32,779 bases of DNA. It comes from Paraglomus brasilianum. Taxonomy: Eukaryota. This document shows, one piece after another, positions 12,759 to 23,700 of the stretch. Location: the NCBI GenBank assembly GCA_910592345.1, contig CAJVPI010000371.1, positions 1-32,779 of the forward strand, read 5' to 3'. Made by a program: the position numbers and the translations under genes. Positions within the stretch are counted from its first letter, which is position 1. Each line of letters starts with the position of its first letter. Under the pieces are notes generated by a model that was given only the letters and a program-made list of their open reading frames with translations, had not been told where the DNA came from and searched no databases.

Positions 12759-15700
12759 ATGACGTCAATATCATCATACTATGGTTTAACTCCAGAGAAT
12801 CCAGGAAATTTTGTTGATCCAGACCTTGAAAAGACTCTGTTAAAGCGTATACGAGAATTATTAGGTTGGCGATCGGAAAGGTTGGTACAACGTTATAATG
12901 GTGAAGGATCTGTGGTTGGGAGTTTAAGCGGTGTGAATAGATCAGATCAACATCGACAACGTTAAAAAACGATTATAATGGTAACGAGTCTAACCAACAT
13001 AATCGCTCTTATCTTGAACCCAACGGATTTCCACCGCAACTCCTCGGTCGAAAGTGGTTAACATGCACTCCCAAAACTTACTCTCGTTCTCTCCAAATAA
13101 ATTTCCCCTACACTTTATTATATACCCCTTTCACTTACCCCTCTTCAAAGTTTTCCCGGAAGCCAACCAGTCAGCTTCGAAGCGTCACATTTCAGCTATC
13201 TAGAAAACGAAGATTATTTTGTATGCGAGAAAAGCGATGGTGTACGATATATAATGTTTACTACCTTTAATCACAAAGGACCCAATACATTTGTGGTAGG
13301 TTTGAGTGTAGAAAATCATTGAAGTGAGAGTGATGATGGTGTGGGTCTCTGTCAACTGGGAAATAGTGAGACTTGTTTCTTCAGAGAAAACTTGGGATAG
13401 AACGTTTTGTCCCACGTAGCTTTTTATATGCGTTTTTTTTTGAACGCGATAATTTCGTACTATTATTTACCATGTTACAATGATTTATCGTCTCGTTTCT
13501 GGCAAAAGGTCTAACTTCTTCAATCTTTGCGTTCTCTCCGTAGCTCGATCGAAAAAACCGAATTCGTAGCATTACAAACTTGAAATTACCTTGCAAAGAG
13601 CATGGTAAATATCACAATGAAACCATGATGGATGGGGAACTGGTGTTAGATATTGATGGGGATAAGGTAGTGAGGTATTTTTTGTTTTGGTTTTGGTTCT
13701 GGGAATGAGTGTAATTTACGGATGGTTAGGAAGAACAAAAAATATGGGGGCGTTAGAAGATTATGTAGCAACTTGTTGAGATTGAACTATAATAATAGCA
13801 GACCGTTTCATGCACCATTACTTGGCATGTTTCTTACTCAAACACTTTTTCAGAAAAAACTCCGGTTTTTAGTGTTTGATTTAATGGTCATCAACGGCGT
13901 CTCTGTAACAAACAAACCTTATAGCAACCGATTAGGAGTAAGTATAAGCTTTTGCTTGTTTATTTTCGTCATCGATGATAATATGCGGTTTCGATGATAT
14001 TTGTCTTGATACTATACTATGCTGAAATTCCAGGTGTTTCAACAAGATGTGCGAGGTCCTCTTGCAAAGATGTTAGAAGATCGAGAACTGGCAAGGATAC
14101 AACCATTCACGTAAGCATCCGATGTCTATAGTATATTAGATGACTTTATATGCTTGCCATTTATTATCTCCTTTCCGTTTGCATTGCTGCTCATTATAAC
14201 CTCGTACTAATTCTACTTTATTTTGGATCGTCCTATTCTCCATTCTCCATCCCTTTCACCTTTTACTTTACCTTTTCACCTTTTCCTTCCTTCTCTTTCC
14301 ATATCCCGCTTTTAATTTTCTTTCTCTACCTCAGAGTAGAATTAAAAGAACTGCAACTTTCATATGGCTTGAATCGTGTCTTTGACCAAATACCGCACCT
14401 TAAACATGGAAATGATGGACTGATATTCACCCCTGTAAAACCTCCCTATGTCTGTGGGACGTGCGAGAATATATTAAAATGGAAACCGTCTAATAAAAAT
14501 ACAGTTGATTTCAAAATACAAGTAAATTGGAATAAAGATAGGAAACCAGGTTACCGATTGATGATATCTGATTCAGGCATACATAAAGCTGAGGATCATT
14601 TGACACTCGATTCAGAATTGGCTGAGAAGTATGTATTCCCTGGATGTCATGCTTTAATAGTAAGAGGAGAACATATGAGGGAAATAAGCGAGACTTTTTC
14701 AAGACTATGTGCTAACATTATTCTTTTTAAGATGGAAAATGGACCCTCCAAATGGTCGCATAGCCGAGTTCTGGTGGGATCCTGACTGGACGACAGTTAT
14801 CGTTGATGAAGGCTACGCACCTCTTAAGCGCGCCGGGGGATGGAGGTTTGTACATCAAAATTTCCCCGTATTTCAACACTATCCGTGGTTTTACTCATAT
14901 CCAATTTGCTCATTCAGATTTTTAAGATTTCGCGATGATAAAGACACAGCTAACGACAAAACGGTTTTGAAGAAAATATGGAACAGTATTAGCGATGGTG
15001 TTACGCGAGAGATGGTATGTATAATGATAAGATTTATTGAAGTGTAATTCGGGTCATTAACATAATACCTCATTATAGCTCCAGAGGAACTGCGAGAACA
15101 TAAGATGTAAATGGAAAGAACGGGATCGGCTGCTGAAACAAACACCAAAACTTAGTATCTCTCATTCCACAGTCAACACATCATATGGAACAATGTCATC
15201 TACTGGAAGGTAATTAATGCTCGAATACATTGCATTGAATTTTACTCATCAGATTGCTCACATTACTTTTCTCCAACCCTTCTGTTCACAGTCGTCCTCA
15301 AGATATCGTCCAACCACCAACACCATCTATCGCTCAATCAACGCAATCTCCATTTCTTATTTCCCCACCTGCACTAGGCAGCCATTCTCGCGAGTCAACT
15401 TACTTCGATCGAGCACCGTCATTATTAAAAGACCATTCTACTGAAGCTCGACGACGAAGAGAATCCTGGAGTGATAATCGATTATCTATGGATACGCGAG
15501 AAGTCAAAAGGCGAAGGGAAAGCACAGGTGATTTCCGTAGAGATGAATACGCAAAAGATTGGGCGAAGGATTCGGAAAGACGGCTGTCGAGTGGTGATGG
15601 CGATAGCATCTCTGAAATCCCAGAAAAGACAGAGGCAAGAGAAAAACCAACTTCATTAATGCTGTCAAAATTAGTAAAAGAAGAAAATTCATCTATGCTC

Positions 15701-17548
15701 TTACCGCACGATGTATTTTCACCTACACGAGACCATTATCAACACGCACGAGTTGATTTCAAAGACCAACTTAAAGAAGAGAGGAGCAAGCATCCTCAAG
15801 ACCACGGAAGTCCCGTGGTTAGGGCCGAGCTTAATCCTAGATATAATTCACAAGTATCGGGCCGAGAAGCGCAGAGACAATCCCCACCCGCGCAAGCACA
15901 AAGTCAGCATTCGCATCCGACCTCACCTGCGCAATCACAAACGCAGTACTCGCGTCCAACCTCACCCGAGCAGTCGCAAATGCAGCACTCGCATCCGACT
16001 TCACCCCTTAAATCACAAATTCAACGTTCGCAGCCAACATCACCAGTCAAGTCACCAGTCAAATCACCAGTCAAATCACCAGTCAAATCACAAATTCAAC
16101 ATTCGCATCCAACCTCTCCAGCACAATCGCAAATTCAACATTCTGACCCAACCTCTCCAGCATCACAAATTTTACGTTCTCATCCAACCTCTCCAGAACA
16201 ATCACTAGTTCAACATTCTCATCCAACCTCACCTGCGCAATCACAAACGCAACACTCGCATCCAACCTCCCCCGCCAAATCACAAATTCAACATTCGCGT
16301 CCAACATCACCTGCCAAATCGAGTCCAACGTCACCTGTGCAGTCACAAATACAGCGCTCGCGCCCAACGTCACCTGCGCAGTCGCAAACGCAACACTCGC
16401 GTTCAACTTCACCCGCACCATTAACCGAGCGACCTTCCCATTCTCGCCGTTCGACGATAGAGTCAATTTTGCTACATCCCGAATCGCTACCCAATGAATC
16501 TGAAAAGGCTATCCAAGCTGATTCCGGGAAATTTCCTGTTGGTCGAGGTGAAGGATGTAATGTTATGGGCGCTCCAACACCTATATCTGGTTCTCTTACA
16601 ACGTCTACAGGCATAAAAACTCAAAACATACAACAACAGCAACAGCAACAACAACAGCCAGCACCATTACCACAAAAGCAACAACAACAGCCAGCACCAT
16701 TACCACAACAGCAACAACAACAGCCAGCACCATTACCACAACAGCAACAACAACAAGTACAGCCACAACTACTACAACAACAGCCACCGCCAGCGCCATT
16801 ACCACAACAGCCACCACCAGCACCATTACTACAACAACAGCAACACATACAACAACAGCAACACATACAACAACAGCAACACATACAACAACAACAACAA
16901 CACATACAACAACAACACATACAAGTAACTCCACCACTTCAGTCTCCAGTTCTTCGATCACCTATAGTTGCGTCTCCAACGCCGCTTTCGTATGAACAGC
17001 GAATGCCGCAACTTTATGCACGTCCGAACGAACATGAAGATTATCTTCGCTCGGGTACACATATTTTTGTTAACTACGAGAACAATAACGGTCAAAATCA
17101 AGTGCGTGATGTAAATTCGAGTGCTATGAGAAGAAGTTTAAGCGGTAGTGCAACTGCAGGACCACTGGCAAGCATGAGCTCGAGCTCAAGCGCAGTTTCG
17201 ACTTCACCTCCTGTTATTCTTCCATTCTCTCAATCCTCCGATTATCAAACTACCGTTCCTCGACATTCCTCCTATCCTCCATCCTATCCTCCATCCTATC
17301 CTCCATCCTACTCTTATCCTCCCTATTCTCGTCCGCCTATTTCGCATCTGCCCAATCCTTCCAACACGCCTCAAAGTACTGCACACTCACCGAACTCATT
17401 TTATCCACAGCATACCGATTCTAACTCTCAACAAGCGTCGAGTAGTACGCATAATCGGCCTTTCGTGGCAAAGAGAAGGTCTAAGGCAACGTTGGATTTT
17501 ATTCTCAATGATCCGGAAGAGAGTGAATACAAGAAGTCGAGGGTTTAG
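12759..17548 (+). CDS. CEG1: mRNA-capping enzyme guanylyltransferase (Ceg1/Pce1-like) with a ~750-aa low-complexity C-terminal extension, ~1147 aa, 10 exons
   Basis: join(12759..12880,13151..13295,13544..13666,13854..13937,14034..14110,14335..14628,14732..14845,14918..15014,15079..15209,15292..17548), 3444 nt in frame. Motifs FPGSQPVSF, motif I YFVCEKSDGVRY (KxDG), MDGELV, FLVFDL, NDGLIFTP, LKWKP, NTVDF, WRFLRFRDDKDTAN. The GTase part (to 15209) is highly confident; the join to the last exon is inferred from GT-AG sites and phase. Confidence 0.88.
15908..16417 (+). repeat. Coding tandem repeat, ~39-nt/13-aa unit, consensus HSHPTSPAQSQIQ
   Basis: 12 PTSP copies plus one STSP. Synonymous codons differ between units. 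Includes the nested 12-nt TCACCAGTCAAR x4 (SPVK) at 16040-16087. Confidence 0.9.
16631..16923 (+). repeat. Poly-Gln repeat region (CAA/CAG) with PAPLP and QQQHI subrepeats
   Basis: QQQQQQQQQPAPLPQKQQQQPAPLP...QQQQHIQQQQHIQQQQHI in the long terminal exon. Confidence 0.9.
17270..17329 (+). repeat. SYPP coding repeat (TCCTATCCTCCA x3 plus degenerate copies)
   Basis: SYPPSYPPSYPPSYSYPPYS. Confidence 0.8.
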
Positions 17549-18238
17549 CGGCGGGAAAGGAGAGTTAGAAGCTCGTTTCTAAGAGTGAAATGGGGAAGGG
17601 ACAAAATTAAATATGAAATAATGGTCGATAATTTTTGGTAATACATTCACTCAGTCATATTAAATCTTTGTATGAGCTTATTCATTATCAATTCCAATGT
17701 ATTTTTTATACATAGTCTTTTGTGGTGTTTTTTTTCTTTTCACAATTGTACAGATTCGTTGTTTAAAATTTTTGACTTTCTTTGTAGGTACTTTTTTTCT
17801 CAATACATTTGTTATTTTTCTTTCGATTAAAAGATGTTTCTATTTGCGGCAATGTATATAAACAATTTTTGCATGGGTTGTGAATCTGAAACGTGATAGT
17901 TTATTTTTTGGATTGATCGTGTGTGCGAGGTTTACGATTTAGTGGATTTCACACGTAAGGCAATTTTTCTTCGTATTATCGGGTTTTCGGATTGGCGGGA
18001 GTTCCACATAATATTTATCCTGAATAAAACCTTTATTTGTCATATCGGATTGGGAATACTATGTTGGCTTGAAAGTAAATTTCACAAACTATGTAAAAAT
18101 TTCGAAGTGATATTAGCAAGTCGAGGTTTAATAACGAATTCGATTCAACGAGATATTTTTAGTGTACACACAATCACTTGTTCGTTCTCAACAGAAAACG
18201 CTACTCCTTTCGACATCGTGAAAGGCTTTATTTTACAA

Positions 18239-18850
18239 TTAAGATTGCAGGCTAATGTTGTTCTCCTTAGTCGCTCTCTCGACAAACTCAGTCGTAACTG
18301 GCAACTTATCGCCGGCCAATCTCAAAGCTTCCTTGGCAACTTCCTTTCTGATTCCACCCCCGCCAATTTCGAATACAATTTTATCCTTTGGTACCCTACA
18401 AGCCCAGTATTCAAATGCTCCTTTTCCTTTTCCCATTCTAGATTCATTTCCTTTACTAGTCACTGGTATGTCTGGAAATACTCTCATCCATAATCGAGAT
18501 CCCTTGACTGATTTTATCTTGCGGCGAATAGCCCAATGGGCAGCGGTGAGCTGTTGAGAGGAGAGACGAACACCATCCTTTACACGGAGACCATAGTCAC
18601 CAAAGACGATGGTTGTACCTTTCGTGGAACCACCAATGCGAATTGGAACCCGCCCCTTATGAGCTTTACGACGAGTTACATTCCTCGGCGCGAATTCGGC
18701 GCGATAACGACGTTGTATTTGGATAAATGATAGGTGATAGGCAGGGGATGGAGGTAAACAGAAATGAGATAAAAGAGACGGTATTGGTAGTGATGAACGA
18801 AGTTCTGTATTTATATGTCTCAAGAGAGATGACCTTGTGGAAGATAGCAT
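18239..18850 (-). CDS. MRPL16: Mitochondrial ribosomal protein uL16m, intronless, ~203 aa
   Basis: uL16 motifs RRKAHKGR, FGDYGLRV, LWMRVFPDIPVTSKGNESRMGKGKGAFEYWA, AKEALRLAGDKLPV. The ATG at 18850 starts an Arg/Ser/Leu-rich presequence (MLSSTRSSLLRH). Confidence 0.95.
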   Translation of the reverse strand: MLSSTRSSLLRHINTELRSSLPIPSLLSHFCLPPSPAYHLSFIQIQRRYRAEFAPRNVTRRKAHKGRVPIRIGGSTKGTTIVFGDYGLRVKDGVRLSSQQLTAAHWAIRRKIKSVKGSRLWMRVFPDIPVTSKGNESRMGKGKGAFEYWACRVPKDKIVFEIGGGGIRKEVAKEALRLAGDKLPVTTEFVERATKENNISLQS

Positions 18851-20789
18851 TATGTCAGACAAAAGAAGGCGATAAACGATTTTTTTGGTATTCACGATCA
18901 AGCAATTTTACGATCCCGTGACTTTGGATCCGCTCTTTATAATTTCTGTGAAATAATATTAATATTTTATTATTTCAACGCGAACGAGGCCGAATAGTTA
19001 TTCGATTAAGTTCTATGTGCAATGTAATTTAAAAATATATGCATATGATTGGAAGCAAATATTATTGGAACTTCGCAGAACAGAATGCCACTTAGAAGTT
19101 TATTCTTGATATTTCTGCGTGAGATATGTATACAACGCCATACTGGCCAAAAGATTGGATCACATAATGAATTCGCGCGAGATTAATATTCTGTAGGTAG
19201 CACTGACTCTGCGTGGTATACTGTTTACCAATTCTCTAAACCACTGATTATGATGGGAATTTTTTAGCCACTCTGCCTTTAGAACATCACTCAATTCCCG
19301 CATGAGGGTTTACGCTTGTTATGTACTCAATTTAATTATGTACAGGCCATGGAAGAGAGACAATCTTTACATACAGACTTTGCCCTATGTACAGGTGCAT
19401 TATCATCTTGAAAAGTGTTCTTTTAACAGCATTCCATACGTATTTATTCATCAACAACTATTAAAGGACAAGTCTCTTTTTCGTAAAACATTCCTAAGCC
19501 ATAACGCCGTTGTTACCACCTTTTACATGCAACCTATATCATATCATTCATGAGGTTTACATGATTAACTCTTGGGATTTTATTAATGCGACTTGGCAAA
19601 ATTTTATTCGACCATCGTCGTGTGACCACAGTATGAAGAATGTTGCAAATATGCGAAGATTCAAAACTAGTTATTTATTTATCATGACCCAGCATTACTG
19701 CGTGTCATGCAAAGCTTGTGTCACATACCAATATCAGTGGCGCAGCGATGACGCAGACGAATCGGCCAATGTCAATGCGTATGCAAACTATTGTCATCTG
19801 GTTTTGTCCGATGTTTGGGGATTTTTGCGGCTTTCGATACGATTTGCACGTGATATTCGCAAATGTTCAAGTCGTTTTCGTCGTGCATTTTGTTAAACCT
19901 TATCATACGATTCCTATTCACTCTCTCAACAGAAATTATCAAAGTATCAGAGAGATGCTCATAAATTTGGTTCATTCACCTAATAATAATAACAGATAAG
20001 CTGTCATGTGTAATTTGGTTGACACCTGATCACGATTCAACGACTCTTACCAATCACGCTTATTAACCTACACGTGAGGCTGATCATTGCCAAAAATGCA
20101 GCCCTAACTCCGGAGAATGTCAATGCAAGCGATCAAAGAGAACGTCAAAGAACCATCCTGCTGAGTGAACGTCGACTACGAACGGGAGCAAGAATAGTTT
20201 AGTAAGTATATACACCATCTGATACTCAAGTTGACGAACAATAAAGGCAATTTTATCTAAGGAGGAGTGAAGAAAAGTTTATTAGAGTAAGTATAGCTGT
20301 TTAATATTCTCATATTCGTAGATATTAGCGTGAATATCTGAATTGCTACATCCGATCCATCTGAAAATCACTTACACACGTTCACCTGTGACTCAACTAC
20401 GCCAACACGGAAATCAATCACGTCACTACATGCATAACATCAAATACATAAACTTGTCATGTTTCTTTCCTTTTTCTTTCGCCAATTCGTAATTACTCAG
20501 CTTTACTTTATTTTTTATCGACGTTCTCTCTTCCTAATTTTAACCTCTAAACAAAACACCCTACTACCTAATCACTACCTCTCGTACGCTCACGCTTGAT
20601 ATAATATTCACGAATCACGGTCGCCCACTGGATTACTCTGTTCTTCCGTTATCAAAAGTAGGGCGACTTTGTCATTTCACCTTGCGTTGAATACACTTCT
20701 GTCCTTCAACAACGGTGAAATAACAGGTCCATACATTTATTAGACAGACTGCGTGCGCGGCTTTTCTTCGCTCACATTGAGTTAACTTG

Positions 20790-23700
20790 ATGGAATCACG
20801 TACTACTCGAAAAAAAACTTCTATCGATATCCCTGATACCATATCCACCCGTACTCGAAGTCAATCTCGAACTAACTCAAATACACAAAATACTTCTACA
20901 CAGAGCGCAGATAGTCAGAATATCATACAGAATATATACACTACGCAGAATATAAATAGTATTACACCACCACCATCCTCACAGAGTTCCGTCGTTGAGG
21001 CATCCGAGTTAATTGATAGTCAAAGCGTCGCCGTAACAAGGGGCAGAAGAAAGTCTACGTCTTCTTCTATAAGACAGGCTGAAGGATCGGTCGATACGAT
21101 GTAAGTCGCAATTAGAGTTGGGAGAGAGAGCTTAAACCGAGAAGAATGCTTTGGATAAAAAGTGATCAGGTGGTTTATCAGTGAAACGGGTTAATGATAT
21201 GTTAGTGCATTTGTAGTAGTTCTTAACTTTGAAGCATTGGTGTTCTCAATTGATTCTCAAAAAATTGACTTTAAACATTGACTATTGATCCGCAGTCTCG
21301 GTTACATTCTCACGCGTAATTCACATTCTAACGCTTTTCTATCGTTTCCGATCTCTATATTATCCTTTGCATCCGTTTCCCATACGTATCGTTCTACTTT
21401 TTTTCTTTCTATGATATATTGTTGATCATTCAGCTCAACTCCAACACCTTCAAGAAGATCATCCCGATCAGATAGATCTACTATTCGCTCACCAATCACT
21501 CTTACTCCAACCTCATCGTCTACTTCCTCCACTCGGAAAGGCAAAGCAAAATTAAACCAATCAACAACTACAACATCCCGCATTACTCGAAGTCAGGCAC
21601 GAGAATCTGAGCATACAGCAGAAGAACCTGAAGAACCAAGAGATAAAGGGAAAAGAAAGAAGGAAGAGTACTTATCTGAAAGTTCCGAAGAAAGATCACC
21701 TGGCAAGAGTGTAACAAAAAGATCAAGACTAAGTAGAACTAATTTGAACAGAAAGGAGATAATTACCGATAGTGAAGAAAGAAGCAGCAGCACTAATACA
21801 AGATCGTCTAGTAGAACATCATCCCGCAAAGGAACTAATAGCAGTAATATTGGTAGTAATAGAACCGGAACAACTATGCCTAAGAAAACCAGGTGCGTAA
21901 ACAAAGAAGGAAGCAGGAAATGGCGCAGTGCGAATAATTATGTCCTGGAAGAAAATATGCAACGGACAATCTGACACAGAATAGATAGATATACGCGATA
22001 GATATACTGTTATTCAGTGATGTGTATTAATGACATTGTACCCTCATGTTTTAGTAAATCGACATCTAAAGCAGCACCAGCAGCATCGCCCGAAGCAAGC
22101 AGCAGTGCGACACCTGCTGATACTCGTGAATCAAGGCCACGAAGACGCAGTTCTGATTCGAAATCAACGCCGCCCAAGACAGCAGAACTTGAGAATAATG
22201 CCATGGAAGGTTAGTCGTGATGAAATTATACAACAATCTGAAAAATGAAATCGTGATATGGGTCAATTCTCCTAATAACATTCTCCTTAATTTGTATAAT
22301 ACATGTATCCGAACTTACCTCGTTCGCTTCTCTAAAACCAGCTATTCCAACGCCTACGCCAGCAAGTCAAACACACACTGCCTCATCTTCTTCCACTTTA
22401 ATACCAGCGACAACCGACGAACCAACCAATCCCTCAAACTCTCTTCAAACCTCTTCATCCGAGGACCACCAAGCAGAAGAAATTGATGATACATCTTCTG
22501 AAGATGCCTCTTCCCCATCCAATTCTCACCCTCGCCCCCACCGGCCTTTTTTCTCTGAATCCTCCTCGCACTTCTTATATTCCTTCCACATCCACTGCCT
22601 CTTCAGACCTAATTTCTCGCCTACGCGACCCCGAACAACAACTAATTGCTCTCCATAGTCTTTCAGAACGTATTGCTATGGCTCAAAGTGAGGACCAGAT
22701 AACAAGTACTATGAACATCGACGCAGTTATTAGAGAATTGGTTGCAATATTGAGGAGAGAGGTGTCGGAGGAAGGTGCAAAAGGAAGTGAAATACCGATT
22801 TTTGTTTGCAGATGCTTGGCAAATTTGGTTGATTTATTCCAGAATTCGGCAGAAAGGGTTATTAGTGCGGGTGTTATACCGGTTTTGTGTTCTTGTTTGG
22901 TTATTGACCAAGAAGCGTTGGATTTTTATATTGATCTACCGGAGAGCGCGATTAATGTACGTTGTTAGAAAGGGGAAACAGTGTTGGAGAAATCAATACT
23001 TGAGCTTCGTTCACGGATTTGTGACTGTGATGTTTATAATTATAGTGGTGTTTCTAGATATTCTGTTCGAGATGCGTTGTGCTAACATTCTACCTTTAAA
23101 CGCCACATTAATCAATTTTCTTTTATACCTTTATACTCCTTACTAAAACGAAAGGCCCTGCTAAAGCTCTCAACACGAAAATCATGTACATCTCAAATAG
23201 TTCGAGAAGGTGGTTTGTCCGCGCTTGCTCTTGTCAGTTTTCTTGGCTCTTCCGGCCGAGATTATATCAATCTATTGGCAAACTGTGCCGAGAACTTTCC
23301 CACCGATTGTTTCAACGTCGTAAGGGATAATATAATTCCAAATTTGAATGAGTTCCTGTGCTTCTCGGATCCTCGCGCGGTGGAACAAGCATGTTTGGCC
23401 GTTTCTAGACTTGTAGATAGTTTTAGACATAAGCGAGAGGAATTGGAGGTGAGTTTTTGGGCGTGAGGAGTATGTTCGTACATTTTAGGAAGGAGTTATT
23501 TAGGCACCGTGTTGAAATCTGTTAGGCAATCATATCTGACGGTGTCCTAAGAAAAATTATCGATTGCATTCGACCGAACAGCAACAACAGAATGAGGTAT
23601 TTTTTACCATTTCTTAACCTTATTTATACTATTTCTTCCATCTCTAATCCCCTCGCTTTCTTTACTCCAGCTCATCGACAGTAGTTCATATATGGCGCAT

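Noticed and set aside
9233..12817. Short ORFs in the ankyrin-to-capping enzyme interval, including 12506..12817
   Set aside because: AT-rich I/Y/L-biased translations, many with non-ATG starts, no domains and no coherent exon chain.
15908..16417. Regularly spaced ~39-nt repeats as a CRISPR-like array
   Set aside because: Units are in-frame coding repeats with synonymous variation and no unique spacers; the context is eukaryotic with no cas genes.
16605..16961. Poly-Cys (metallothionein-like) and poly-Val ORFs on the minus strand
   Set aside because: Antisense shadows of the CAA/CAG polyQ tract in the + strand exon.
17537..17548. C-terminal SRV as a peroxisomal PTS1
   Set aside because: Non-canonical tripeptide in a basic NLS-like context of a nuclear enzyme.
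17921..18730. Plus-strand ORFs overlapping MRPL16
   Set aside because: Antisense frames of a clearly conserved gene with no independent motifs.
21296..21385. Possible 90-nt in-frame cassette exon in HECT ligase intron 1
   Set aside because: Weak donor, very short downstream intron and a peptide with intron-like composition; direct splicing 21100 to 21434 is already in phase.
23597..23670. Intron with GTATTTTTT donor and internal TTTCTTAAC as U12-type
   Set aside because: The donor lacks the CC at +5/+6, the motif is about 50 nt from the acceptor, and a U2-like CTAAT lies closer.
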